A stretch of DNA of 64,000 bases from Octopus vulgaris (taxonomy: Eukaryota), in assembly GCA_951406725.2 (NCBI GenBank), contig OX597828.1, forward strand, positions 22,816,001 through 22,880,000. Direction: 5' to 3'. This document shows positions 14,433 through 28,586 of this stretch, in pieces (the first letter of the stretch is position 1; each line of letters begins with the position of its first letter). The translations under genes were made by a program, and so were the position numbers. The notes below the pieces were generated by a model, which saw only the letters and a program-made list of their open reading frames with translations, was not told where the DNA came from and made no database searches.

Positions 14433-15078
14433 GTTTAAACCGCCAGAGCTGTTTGCATGAATTTATGTTACAATCGTCAAAATGAAGAAAAAAAATCTTT
14501 TTTACTTAAGAGTAATATTCATGTGTACTTTTCTCAGTATAAAACTAATAAAAACTATTATAATTATCCGTGTGCCGCCTAATCTCACAATCAAAAAATG
14601 CCGGAAAATATGCAGTTTCCTGCGACGATGGCCGAATCCACATGACATTTTGGAAACATCATTTCCTGATGTACTCTGTTTAAAAGTTAAGATACAAAGT
14701 GTGGATGTAAACCGTTTTGTTCTTAACAATATAAATCTGCGTTTAATGCGTGGGGTATCTGTAACTGCAATTTAACATAGGCACCCTTACATTTTCGAGG
14801 AATAAGTGTGGGGATTGAAGGATACGTTTAGTTTGTTAGCCCTTAAAAGGGCTCAAGAAGCTTTATACAATATTTACACTTAATATCAATAAACTACCGA
14901 CAGATTTACGATGGCAAAAGCTTGGAAAATCCCTGATAAATTGAGCAATATTTGTAACAAGTATTCAATATATGACGGAAATTGTTTATACACACATAGT
15001 GGATGACATGGAAAAATATAATTTGATACTGATAAGCCCGTATATATTGGCAGTATTTTTTTTTTTTTTGCAAAGGAG

Positions 15079-15121
<43 letters not shown>

Positions 15122-15260
15122 AACACGCATACACACAGACAAGCATAGACACGCACACTCAAACACTTACATATTCATGGGTGTAATATGTATTTGGATT
15201 TATAATTAGATATCTACAGATACACATGCGTACAAATACATATGTACATATATCAACTTA

Positions 15261-15449
15261 CATGTATATATGTATATCATGTGTGCATGTATATATGTAT
15301 ATCATGTGTGCATGTATATATGTATATCATGCGTGCATGTATATATGTATATCATGTGTGCATGTATATATGTATATCATGTGTGCATGTATATATGTAT
15401 ATCATGTGTGCATGTATATATGTATATCATGCGTGCATGTATATATGTA
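15261..15449. repeat. 25-bp minisatellite, about 7.5 copies
   Basis: Unit CATGTATATATGTATATCATG(T/C)GTG. Confidence 0.95.
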
Positions 15450-15755
15450 AATATGTATTATGTATCTAAGAATTTTGTATGTATGTATAAACACATCTAA
15501 TGCCGTTTGATTACGCATGCGGAAATATGATTTCACACACTATCTTAGTGTATATAATAGCAATGTTTACGGAAAGTTACAGCAATAAAGATTACCCGTC
15601 TCCATAAAACATTTTATAAAGTTGCTACGTTTAATAACATCTCAACTCGATCTAACTTTAAAAATATAAAATGTGCACACTGCAAACGTAAATATATTAA
15701 AATAATATGTTTGTGCATGAGCGTGTGGGGGGCGCGTTTGTGAGTGCGCGTTTGA

Positions 15756-15809
<54 letters not shown>

Positions 15810-15943
15810 CTGTGTGTGTTTATATACATAATTGCATATATATGAATTTTTGTTTGCGTGAGTGTGTGATTCTTTGCCTTTTTCATTTATGTTGAGTGGA
15901 ATACAAACTCAAATCCCACTTGAAATTCATGGTCAACTGATGC

Positions 15944-15982
<39 letters not shown>

Positions 15983-16061
15983 TACAGATATACATGCATG
16001 CATACCTAACAAAATATGTACATCGTTTCACAAACAAACACACACACAAACACACACCACA

Positions 16062-16124
<63 letters not shown>

Positions 16125-16125
<1 letters not shown>

Positions 16126-16310
16126 CCGGAGTAAACACATAAATGTGAAACAAGGTGGAAAAAAGAGTACTCAAATACCAGTGGTAGAATAACATGCTTT
16201 ATTTAAAGCAGCAGAAAATTTGCTAGAATAGCAAAAACTGTCCGATGAACGGCAGCGGGAAACTCAGAGTAACAGGTTTTGTTGAATTTTCTGCTGCTTT
16301 AAATAAAGTA
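16125..16310 (+). mobile_element. Fold-back insert in (TA)n with hammerhead-like motif (Penelope-like pseudo-LTR)
   Basis: Perfect 24-bp inverted arms 16197-16220/16285-16308 enclosing the motif at 16238-16275. Confidence 0.6.
16238..16275 (+). ncRNA. Minimal type I hammerhead ribozyme-like motif, variant core
   Basis: ctgt-CCGATGA-acggcagcgg-GAAA-ctcagag-TA-acag; stem I ctgt/acag, near-palindromic stem III, weak stem II. Confidence 0.45.
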
Positions 16311-16322
16311 TATATATATATA

Positions 16323-17579
16323 CAGGGGCTGGACAAAATAATTGAAACACCTTAAAATTTCAAAAATAATTATCTTAATATGGGGTAGGACCGACTTTGG
16401 CGGTAATTACACCTTGAAGTCCACGAGGTATGGACAACGTTTGAATTGTTTCCAAAGGAATCTTTGTCCATTCTTCAGCTAAAACAGTCTCCAATTCTTA
16501 TAGTGATAATGGTGGAAGATATCGACTTCTTATTTGTTTTTCTAAAATGCACCATATATGTTCAATAATATTGAGATTTGGGAAATGTGGTGGCTAGATA
16601 AGATGTTTAACTTCACTAGAATGTTCCTCGTGTCATTCGGTAAGAACTTTATCTGTGTGAATTGGTGCATAATCATCCTAGAGTATCGCGCTTCCCCCCG
16701 GAAACGGTTCCACAATCATAGGATGAATTTGATCAGATAAATAGTCTTGAGTATTAATTCTGCCATAAGATGAAACCATTGGGCTGGCGGATTTCGAAGA
16801 TATAGCCCCCACCCAAATCGTCACAGATCCTCCTCCATGTTTAAGAGTTGGAAGAAGGCACTTTGGGTCAAATTCCTCTTTTGGCTGTCTACACACATAT
16901 ACTCGGTTGGTGGTCAGATATAAGGTAAAGGATTATGTCCGAGAAAATAACATTCTTCCTCCGCTCTAGGGATCAATTCTGCAGGTTTTTACTCCACCCT
17001 AAACGATTTTTAACGTTTGTTTTTGAAAGTAGTGGATTTCTGATTGCAGCCCGCCCGTGAAATCCGACTTTGTGCAGCTCCCGGCGAACAGTTTTTATGG
17101 AAACTGTGTTCCCGAGGTGGTCATTAAGCTCTGCAGTAATTTTGGGAGCTGTACTTTTGTGATCGTTTCTAACAATTCATGTAAGAGTCCGAGGGTCCCT
17201 ATCTGAAAGTTTTGGTTTTCTTCCAGAGTTTGTTTCTATCAGGAGGTTTTCTCCTCTTTATCAAAGGCCGTCATTACTTTTAAGATAATACGTCTTGATA
17301 CACCAAACATTTCGGCTGTTTTCGTTACACTAGCACCTGCAATATGAGCACCAACAAACTGACCTCTTTGAAAGTCCGATAGACCTGTCATTTTAATGCA
17401 TTTTAAGTACCTTTTTTTCTGATGATATCTCAAAAGAAACAGCAATTTTATCAAAACATGTTATGCAAACTAATAATAAATAAAAGACAGAAATAAACAA
17501 GCTTTTGACGGTTTTATACACACTTACAAAATTATGAGGCTATTATGCATGGTGTTTCCATTATTTTGTCCAACCCCAC
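16323..17579 (-). mobile_element. Full-length decayed Tc1-family DNA transposon
   Basis: 29-bp TIRs caggggctggacaaaataattgaaacacc and ggtgtttccattattttgtccaaccccac; TA on both sides. Confidence 0.93.
16375..17391 (-). pseudogene. Tc1 transposase pseudogene
   Basis: MTGLSDFQRGQFVGAH (HTH), LLPTLKHGGGSVTIW, C-terminus SIPRGLQGVITAKVGPTPY*; several stops and frameshifts. Confidence 0.92.
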
Positions 17580-18889
17580 TATATATATATTTGTGTGTGT
17601 GTATGTATTTATGCATGTATGTGTATGTGTTGTGTGTATTCTTTTGTGAGTATATATATATTTGTATAAGTATGTATGTATGTATGTATGTATGTATGTA
17701 TGTATGTATGTATGTATGTATATGAAAATTAAATATATGAATACCAATAAAGGTATATGTCTATATACACTGATGTTCGGTATACACGATATCAATTTAA
17801 ATCGATAGCAAATATTTGCGTTTAAGAAGTCCGCGCGGTCGTGTGCACGTATGTGTATGTGTGTGTATGTGTTTATGTGTGCCTGTGAGTGTGTATATAT
17901 GAATATATATATTTATATACACAGAGGGAGAAAGAAAGAGAGATACGAGAATGGCATCCAATACCGTTTGGTATCATTCGTAATATTGGGGAATTAGCAC
18001 TTCATCAAATGCTCTTTGATTCCAATAATTGATGCGTTTTGTACTGATGTAAGATCGCATGATTTTATGAAAAATAAATATTCTAAGTTGTATATTATTC
18101 CGCTAAAATTAAACTCAATCTATAAATTTTTTTGTACTATTATATGGCACAAAATATTTAAGGGTTTCAGTTTTCATTAGATTATCAATAATATATGGAC
18201 CGTATAATTATTGATCAATCATATATGATGTGCTTTGTCCTTTTCCTTTGTCGCAAGATCAGTCAGTTCAGTAGAAGATCCAATGTAGGTATGTATCGTG
18301 GAAAATGAAGGGACATGTTGCAATCATTGCATCCTTTGTTAAAACACTTGTCTAATAATAAATATTCTGGGATCGATATAATTAATATTATAGTTTACAT
18401 TCATGATCGTACAAAGAGCTGCAGTATAACTTAAGAGATGGGAAATAAAGTTCAGTGGCTATTACTTACTGAAGGGTCCACGTTAAAAAATACGAGTATT
18501 CGTACCGTGTAATCGGTAAAGCATTCAGTCAGTGAAGGATTAATGTATTTGTTCGAATGGTATACATAATTGTGGCACATGTATGTGGTTGTTTTGTAAG
18601 TGTGTATGTATGTTAATATTCCGTTTATTTCAAGATTTCTTGCAAATAGATAAGGTACCAGTTTCTAACATAGATCCAAGCCTCCTTCATCGAAATTTCG
18701 ACATCAGCAAAAGGGTATTTTGTATGTATGCAAGTCTGTATGTATATGTATATGTGTATGTATGTATGTATGTATGTATGTATGTATGTATGTATGTATG
18801 TATGTATGTATGTATACATATACATTTACATGCAAATTTGTATGTTTTGCTTTATGTATGTATTTTCATGCATATAGACATACTCAGAT

Positions 18890-19245
18890 ATTTTTAAACG
18901 ATAAACTTCTGGAAAGTTTTACAGATTTTTACAGTTCCAGTGATGAATTGGATCTGAAGGGCCAATCCATCGAATTAGCTTTCTCCTTTCGGCTTTTGAG
19001 CAGCCAATTTTCTCAAGATTGGTATTCAGGCAATGTGTTACATATCCCAGGGCCCCAATAATTACAGGTATAAACCTGAACATGTAATCTGGATAGAGTA
19101 ACTGCAGATTTCTCAATAGTTAAACATAAATGTTCTATTTTCTACTAATCGCCAGGTTTATGTTAACATCCGCTGGGCAGCTAATTTCTACAACTGTGCA
19201 CATGTGCACAGTTTCTCTTCTCTATCCCAAATCCTTATATCAGGT
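18890..19245 (-). mobile_element. RLE-type non-LTR retrotransposon 3' fragment (R2/NeSL-like group)
   Basis: CTVVEISCPADVN...LLRNLQLLYPDYMFRFIPVIIGALG...GTVKICKTF restriction-like endonuclease region. Confidence 0.75.
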
Positions 19246-19733
19246 ATGTCTGTATTATGTATGGATGCATGTATGTATGTTTGTATGTATGTATGTACGT
19301 ATGCATACGTACAAGTTTGAAATGCCGAATCAAATGAATTTTAAATGAGATTTGAATTTATATTGCGCCTATGATATATATATATATTAAATGCGAAGCA
19401 ATACAAATCACACACTCACGCAAACATGTACCCTGAGAAATTACTTATAAACGTACTTCTGTATATTAGCGCGCGCACACACACATGATCTAAAGTGCGC
19501 TTATAATATATTTAGTGCAATGTTTTAATCAAGTATTCTATGTTCTTGTATGTTATATATTCACAGACAGATGTAAAAACAGATATCGAGAGAAAGAACA
19601 ATATTTATTCCTAAGACAGACAAAATTCCGACAATTATTTTCTCCGGTGCGATGCGCTAAGATGAATGGCAAGACATATTTTGGCATGTTATCGTAATGA
19701 GAACTCCAACATATGTAGCTAAATGTTGCAGGT

Positions 19734-20043
19734 TGTGGTGGCACATGGCCTAGTGGTTAGAGCAGCAAACTCGCGGTCGAGGGATCGCGGGTTCGAATCT
19801 CAGACCGGACGGTGTGTGTGTTTATGAGCGAAACACCTAAGCTGCACACGGCTCCGGCAGAAGATAATAGCGAACTTCTGCTGACTCTTTCGCCACAACT
19901 TTCTCTCAGTCTTTCCTCCTGCATCTTGCAGCTCACCTGCGATGGACCGGAGTCCCATCCAGGTGGGGAACCTATACGCCAAAAAAACGGGAAACCGGCC
20001 CTTATGAGCCAGGCATTGCTCGAGAAGGAACAAATAAGCAAAA
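19734..20043 (+). mobile_element. Full-length tRNA-derived SINE, family C (octopus OR-like), with target-site duplication
   Basis: A box tggcctagtgg, B box ggttcgaatct; 13-bp TSD aaatgttgcaggt at 19721-19733 and 20044-20056. Confidence 0.92.
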
Positions 20044-20564
20044 AAATGTTGCAGGTATATAAGTTGGTGATTTCTGTTTCTAAATTCACCGGACTAACGT
20101 AGCTAAAACTATCGATTTCAAACTGTAACAAATTATTCTCTGACAATCTAGGAAATTCGAAATCAACTGAAATGAGATATATATTTTCCGATAGAGCGGA
20201 ATCGATTAACTCGGATCGAATACTTCATTGGTATTTTAATTGAATTCCTTGAGAGTGATTAAATGAGCAATTCGTTTTTGCCCAGATTTGAAATCAAATC
20301 AGAAAGATGTCAACTCCGTATCAGCTCTAAAGTTCTCCTTGTTCCTTCAAGGAAGAGAAGAGTAAATGTTGAAATATTCAACACATCCACTTAATATTGT
20401 GTAATATTTTATGAGTAGATAGTGTCAATCACAGCAGGTTTTCAGACAAAGCGTATATAAGATGGCATTACTGTATCAGTCATTTATTTTTTTATTATAG
20501 CAGACAGTTTGTTCAACAGCAAATATTATCTAATCCACTGCAATGTATAATGCCATCGACTGAC

Positions 20565-20686
20565 CTTAAATGTCTCAAGTGAAACTAACTCTGTTGTAAC
20601 TATTTGAGCGAAGTGTCTGGTTTGAATACACGTGGAACGTCTTCCTTCCAGGTTTGGAAACCAATTAACGATATAAGGAATGTCTC
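20565..20686 (-). CDS. Candidate 122-nt exon of an unknown gene
   Basis: tttcattttgttgttttttatcag|GA...TTTAAG|gtcagt; only one open frame DIPYIVNWFPNLEGRRSTCIQTRHFAQIVTTELVSLETFK. Confidence 0.45.
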
Positions 20687-20790
20687 CTGATAAAAAACAA
20701 CAAAATGAAACTGAGATATCGTACACAGTATTCATTGCAATCATGTTCATCCCTGTTTTAAAGAATTTCCCCAAAATTTGATTCACTTAC

Positions 20791-20819
20791 TGTAACAATT
20801 CAGGCATGTCAGTTGCGCT
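20791..20819 (-). CDS. Candidate 29-nt microexon
   Basis: ttgttttcatattttcttag|AGCGCAACTGACATGCCTGAATTGTTACA|gtaagtg. Confidence 0.45.
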
Positions 20820-20955
20820 CTAAGAAAATATGAAAACAATTTAAAATTTCATTTAATGCAATTAATATAAAATTCATGTTTCTACATAAAATTCTATTTA
20901 CAATGCTCTACATAATCTAGCTGTAAATAAAAGCCAAAGAGGCACCAATACTTAC

Positions 20956-20967
20956 TGCTGCTCGCCT
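20956..20967 (-). CDS. Candidate 12-nt microexon
   Basis: cactaaacgtgtttacag|AGGCGAGCAGCA|gtaagta. Confidence 0.4.
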
Positions 20968-21146
20968 CTGTAAACACGTTTAGTGTTGTATATTTTAAGC
21001 AGAAAATTAATTATTTGTGACTAACTTCTATTTTGTTTTTTATAATAATCGAATAGTTCAATAATTTTGTAGCAATATTGAAAAAGAAACGTGAGGTATT
21101 TGGAAAAACAAAAGTATGGAACAAATGTCTCAGATAGCGTACTTAC

Positions 21147-21213
21147 TGCATAATGTCAAGTATTTGACATAAATTTCAATTAATAATAATTTAAATTTAA
21201 GACACACAAGCTG
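21147..21213 (-). other. Candidate mostly non-coding exon ending in ATGCA
   Basis: NAGNAG acceptor gttttcgtttag|cag and donor ATGCA|gtaagta. Confidence 0.35.
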
Positions 21214-21294
21214 CTAAACGAAAACGGTACTTGGTGTGTTAGAAGCATTTGATATATGGCAGAAGTTTGTATAGCGTTCATATGTTAGGCACTG

Positions 21295-21990
21295 TAACAT
21301 ATTTCAGCAGAAATTTTCGTTTCTGGTGACAAAAAAATAATAGCTCTTAAAGGGTGTTTCACATACAATCACTGCAGAACCAAATGTTTTTTTTTTTGTT
21401 TTTTTCGAAATACAAAGAACACAATTATCTTTAAAGTGATTATAAAGTTTGGCAGGCTCTAATATCTTCCAAATGACTTTTATAGTTTCTGATATTGTTT
21501 TGTTTTAATTACCAGATATAATTCGATAAACACGTATCAACAAATCTTTCAGGATATCTAAAAATATATTTATGTTGATTATATCTTTACTTAAAAGGAT
21601 ATTTCGTCAACCCAATACAATCCTTACAAACTGAATCATTATCTGTAAATACTTTCGCACAATAAACTATCGATTTCGAAAGACATTAATTATTTAATGG
21701 ACAATTTACGGGTTAAAATAATAGCACAAACAGGAAGAATTGGATGTAGATAGCTATTAAAGATTTTGCTATAAATATTTACTATTTCTGTAAAGAAATT
21801 AGGTGTGCAACTGAAATTTAGTTTAACATTAATTCTATTAAGTATCTCATATCTACGATGTTGTGAAAAGTATTTATCTAATAAGTTGAAGAGCTGTTTA
21901 ACGATAGTTGTACACACATTAAGATTGAATAGAGCATTAAAACAAATATATCATATTTTTTCTCTTGTCTGATAATTAATATTATTATCA
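21295..21990 (-). mobile_element. Penelope-like element remnant (thumb/linker plus GIY-YIG endonuclease), probably Naiad clade
   Basis: FNALFNLNVCTTIVKQLFNLLDKYF...NRINVKLNFSCTPN...CPLNN*CLSKSIVYCAKV...IGLTKYPFK*RYNQHK...LSNYIW...CVLC...KRKFLL. Confidence 0.85.
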
Positions 21991-22452
21991 TTATATGCAA
22001 TTAATCTTCTCCATAAAACCACTGCGTTTCGCGCTTCATTGTAGTAAGCAACCGTTATATTGAAAAGGGATTATGTGATAAAATACTGCTTAAACATATA
22101 AAACGATTTGTCAGTCCTAAAGATATACGTGTTGCCTTGAAACGAATTTTCGCTTCGACTTTTGTTGAATGAATAATATTTATCGCTACATACATATATA
22201 CACACAATCATACATATACACATATACATGCACACCACACATACTCTCTCTCCCTCCCCCTCTCTCATGCACACACACACTCACATACATATACGTGTAT
22301 AATGCATACGTGAAAGTATACTAATTCAAAGAAATGCGAATGGAACGTGTGAGAATGAAATAGAGCGGTGAAACTGGGAATCGTAACTGAAGCCACATGA
22401 GGACAAATTTGATTCACTCGCTTCATGCTTCATCTCGCAGCGATACAGTGAT

Positions 22453-22490
<38 letters not shown>

Positions 22491-23064
22491 GTATGTATAT
22501 AATTATATATATATTTTATTATATTTATATATACACACATATATATGTATGTATATATATACATATGTATACATACATATATATATGTATGTATCTATGT
22601 AAATGTATATACACAAACACACACATATATATATGTATTATGTGTGTGTATGTATAAATATATATATATTTATGCATATATGCGCGTACATAAGTGTATG
22701 CAAGTGTGTATCAAATGTATTGCCTTTAGCGTATATAAAAATAATATGTTATAGAACAGTGGGTGTTATGCGCATGTAGATCAAATGGATCGGAGGCATA
22801 AGATGGGGTTGGAGAGTGAAGAATAACTCATAATGAAAGTGAAAGTGTCGGTAAATACAAAATTGATAAAAGAAAAGGAAAACTTACAAACTGATAACTA
22901 AAGTAGGATGATGTCTTCATTAAGATTAGTTGAACTTTAAAATCGTCAAGAGAATTCTACATCGTATGTCTGACTGCGAAGTTGAGAGACTACCAGACAA
23001 ATAGGGAAGACTATATACTAAGCAAGTGATGTTAACGAGGATTGTGAAATACTATATTACTACA

Positions 23065-23215
23065 GGCTATATTAAATCTCTGAGCGAGATGTAAACAGTA
23101 GCAATACGGATTTGCAACATATAATTACCAACCAAGTGTGTCGTTCTATATGGGACAGTGCTACTGACGTTTATAGCCCCAGGAAGACATCTCTTCCAGC
23201 TGACTGACGACACAC
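23065..23215. mobile_element. Short repeat related to the 41.4-kb fold-back element
   Basis: Shares aaatctctga(g/a)cgagatgtaaacagta and tagcccc(a/g)gga/g with 41391-41502. Confidence 0.55.
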
Positions 23216-24220
23216 ATGTATATATATCCCGATAGTTTTCTGTCAACGCATTAAAATTAGGAGAATATACTTTATATAAGTTTGACAAAAAATTGTGGCA
23301 TGTGTGCAAAATTCGGGCATTGAAATATTTTAAATCCTATTGTAATACTACCATAATTGAAATGAGTGAATCGTTAATTGGTACTTTAAATTATTCAGAA
23401 TAAATAAGTGCGTTTTCCTGGGAAAATGATTTGAATATTGATTGCCACTCAAAATACCTATTAGTACACTTATTGCTCTATATGTGTGCATAAATCTGTG
23501 TATTCTACATAAATCAGAGAACCTTGTACATAGATATATGTTGTCCGTAGTACCACACATAGTAGAGTTGCAGAGTTTTTATGCCGAATATCGTAAGATT
23601 AAGGTTTCGGTTCCTGATCGTGAGCGAAACGCTTCACTTTTATCAGATGACTAAAATTATTAACTCTGCGAGGAAATGGTGCCTTACGAAAAAAAAACGG
23701 GGTAACAGGTCTTATAATTATGACTTCAAAACGCGCTACATTCTTTTTCCACTATTGTCCTTGTTAAACCCAAAACGTTAAAAGAACATACTTCAGTAAC
23801 TGTTACGGACACCATTCCCTTAATGAAAATGGTGAATTGAGGAAACCCAATCCATCATTTTAAGTACGATTCAGGGATGTCTGAGGCGAGCTAAACGCAC
23901 TAAATTATGTGTTTTTTTTACTTTGTGTGAAAATGAAATTAAGTTATTTATACTGAATCCATTGGATATTCAAATTTTCATCTCTCAAATACGGATTAAA
24001 TTTCCGTATATATGTTTTTATGTGCGGTATGGTGTGCCTATGTAAGTGTGTGAGTGTGTTAGAAAAAGAAGTCGTTGAAGTTTATCAAAATATAAATGTC
24101 TACCCTATGTATGCATTTGTATAGGCAAATCTCTCTCTGTGTGTCTTTCTCTGTCAGTTTGTCTGCCCCTCTCTCTGTACACGCACGCGCGCGAACAAAC
24201 ACACACACACACACACACAT

Positions 24221-24615
24221 GTTCTTTTATTCCTTTACTTATCTCAGTCCTTTGACTGCAACCTTGCTGCTGTACAACCACAAAGGGTTTCAGACGAACA
24301 AATCGACACCAAGAGTTACTTGCAAAGCCACTTACTTATTCTATCGGCCTCAGATGCTACGATACGGGAACGGGGGGGGGGGGTTGTCAAACAAAAGACA
24401 CAAAGACACATATAGATATATACATACACACATACACACACATATATTTACATGTGAAAAGTTTCCTTTAGTTTCCGTCTACACGAACCACTCAAAAAGG
24501 TTTCTGTTGGCCCGAATCTATGGGAGACACTTGTCCAAGTTGCCAGGCAGGGGTACGAAACCCGGAACCATATGTTGGGGAAGCACGCTTTTTACCACGC
24601 AGGCACATCTATGCC
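24221..24615 (-). mobile_element. SINE family A, decayed full-length
   Basis: gtttccgtctac, gacacttgtccaag, cccggaaccatatg; internal (CA)/(TA) tract. Confidence 0.85.
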
Positions 24616-24655
24616 TATATATATATTTGTGTATGTGTGTATGTATGTATGTATG

Positions 24656-24755
<100 letters not shown>

Positions 24756-24902
24756 TGGATAGGCCCAGGTAGACTAGATAGATACATACATACACACATA
24801 TATACATACATATAAATATAGATCGATAGATATACATTTATATATATATATATGCATATATATATTATATAAATATAAACCTAATTACAATTGTTGTCTG
24901 AA

Positions 24903-24942
<40 letters not shown>

Positions 24943-25137
24943 GATTATCATTATTATTATTATTATTATTATTATGATTGTCCATATAATTCCCTTTGTG
25001 TCTCCCTAAGTGCATACTGTGTACGAGGTTGTATTTGCGATACGCTGACGCACTTACAAACGCACATACGACCTCACACATGAAAATAAACGCACACGAA
25101 CACACACACACACACAGCGATACAAACTCACACACAT

Positions 25138-25185
<48 letters not shown>

Positions 25186-25494
25186 GCATGCGGATGTGTG
25201 CGTGTGTGTATGCTTCTGTGTGAGTAAGTGTCTACGCACAAACATATATATACATGTATGCATATGTGCGTTCGAGCTCATCATTCGGAATTCTATGTGG
25301 GGTTATATGTTGATACTTATGTGTATGTAACAGAATGAAATGGCCATTTCAGTCACTAAAATCACCATGGTGATTGATATAAAAAGAATTGTTGAATAAC
25401 GAAATATTTTATTCTTTGGAAACAGTAAGAATGGTGAAATATGGAAATCGGTAAGAACAATGAAAAATATAACGGCATATATATCATTCGTGTA

Positions 25495-25960
<466 letters not shown>

Positions 25961-26239
25961 TGTATATTCATACATAGGTGCATCCACGCACACATTCATA
26001 CATAAGCACCTATCTGCATACATACAATCTTCTTACGCACATACACATATATACATACATGAGTTTTCGTTTACTACACACATCTAAAAGCCATCTATAA
26101 ATATTTCTTTTAGCAGAAAATACTTGAAGACATTTGCCTTGCCTCAGTAGGAATGCATTATCAACATCGATTTTATTATTAATATTAGTATCTTCGTCAT
26201 CAACACCAATGTCAAGATTACTATTAATGCTTAGCTGCA

Positions 26240-26431
26240 TTCCTGCCAGGCCTACATTCTGAGTTCAAATTCCGCTGAATCGACTTTCATCTTTGATTTT
26301 GCATGGTGAGGGTCGATGCAATCCACTAGCTCCGCTCACCAAGCGTTTCTGCCTAATACCTTAAGTAGAAATATCTGCCACTGCCACTGCTGCCCGACCT
26401 TCTCTTCTACTACCAATACTACTATTGCTAC

Positions 26432-26467
<36 letters not shown>

Positions 26468-26592
26468 TTGCTGAGGTCGAGTTTGCCTTTAATTTTTTCG
26501 GGGTCCATACTAGTACTAGTGAAACACTGGGGGTCGATGTCCTCGACTAGTCCCCTCTCTACAAATTGATGGCCTTGTGCATTTAGTAGAAC
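26240..26592 (+). mobile_element. Two partial SINE family B copies separated by (ACT)n
   Basis: ttctgagttcaaattccgc; gaggtcgagtttgccttt...ggggtcgatg...ggccttgtgc. Confidence 0.7.
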
Positions 26593-26993
<401 letters not shown>

Positions 26994-27102
26994 GTTTTTC
27001 ATTATTAGTATTATTATTATTATTTTTATTTGTAGTAGTAGCAGTAGTATTAGTACCACCACCACTATCACCATTATCATCATCATCATAATCATCATTA
27101 TT

Positions 27103-27245
27103 AAGGCGGCAAGTTCGCTTAATCGTCAGCACGCCGGTTAACATGTTTAGCGGTATTTCATCCGGTTTTTCACATTCCGAGTTCGAACTCCACCGAGGTC
27201 GATTTTGCCGTTCATCTTTTCAGGAGTCGATAAAATAACTATCTC
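27103..27245 (+). mobile_element. SINE family B, 3'-truncated
   Basis: aaggcggcaag...gagttcgaactccaccgaggtcgattttgcc. Confidence 0.8.
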
Positions 27246-27373
27246 TTGGTGAATGAAATCAAGTTACTTCGTGCCCTCCAAACTTCAAGCCCACAACAAA
27301 AATATTAATATTCTTATCATTCTTGTTCTTCTTCTTATTATTATTAAAATTATTATTATTATTATTATTATTA

Positions 27374-27425
<52 letters not shown>

Positions 27426-27439
27426 CATTATTATTATTA

Positions 27440-27485
<46 letters not shown>

Positions 27486-27523
27486 CATTATTATTATTAT
27501 CATTATTATTGTTATCATTATTA

Positions 27524-27599
<76 letters not shown>

Positions 27600-28212
27600 G
27601 TTGATGTCTGTTCTGTTGCTTTTGTCTTGTATGTTTGTTGTTATTGGTTTTTTTGCAAAATGAGATAAAAACAAACGAAAAAACAACGAGAAGAACTAAC
27701 ACCATCACCAAAAGGCAACTTCCATAACAACATCAATACGGCAGGGATGCTTAACTAATACGTACCAACTCATACAATATATATTAGTGCTACTATTAAC
27801 ACTAACACCACCAAGACTTGTACCATCCCATATACGCAAAGCAAGAACCACAGCCATACTAAATCAATATGATTCTGCATGTGTTGGTTATTTATCTTGA
27901 CACGTCTTCCCATCCTAACCCAGTTTTCACCAGTCACGTGTTCCTTATAGGCATTTTAGATTTATTACGTCGGTATGGGGCTACGGGGACCAGGAGTTAA
28001 GATATGGGTGTTCAGAGTTGTGAGTAGAGAGTTGGGTGGAGTGTGTTGGTGTTGGGTGTTGGGTGTTTCGATAATCTGATTCCGACGATCCGTTAGAAAA
28101 TCCCGGGTGTCATGGCGGATGGTGTATGCAAGTTTGATACAAAATATGTTAAGGTATGGTTGTTTGAATGTAAGGAAGACATTTGATTAGTTAGTTTGTG
28201 AGAGATGCAAGC

Positions 28213-28586
28213 ATGCATGTATGTATGCATGTATGTATTTGTATGTGTGTATGTATGTATTTGTATTATGTATGTATGTATGTATGTATGTATTTGTATG
28301 TATGTATTTGTATGTATGTATTTGTATGTATGTTTGTATGTATGTATGTATGTATGTATTTGTATGTATGTATGTGTGTATATATGTATGTATTTGTATG
28401 TATGTATGTATGTATGTATGTATGTGTGTATGTATGTGTGTCTGTATGTATTTGTATTATGTATGTATTTGTATGTATGTATGTGTGTATGTATGTATTT
28501 GTATGTATGTGTGTATGTATGTGTGTATGTATTTGTATGTATGTATGTATTTGTATGTGTGTATGCATGTATGTTTTTATGTATGT
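28213..28586. repeat. Degenerate (TATG)n tract
   Basis: Seen directly. Confidence 0.9.

Noticed and set aside
15261-15449. CRISPR-like array
   Set aside because: No spacers; eukaryotic tandem repeat
19737-19810. tRNA genes here and at 34605 and 35690-35762
   Set aside because: Heads of SINEs with bodies, tails and TSDs; no clean cloverleaf
20660-20967. Phospholamban-like reading RRAASATDMP in another spliced frame
   Set aside because: Frame stops soon after with no transmembrane helix; chance resemblance
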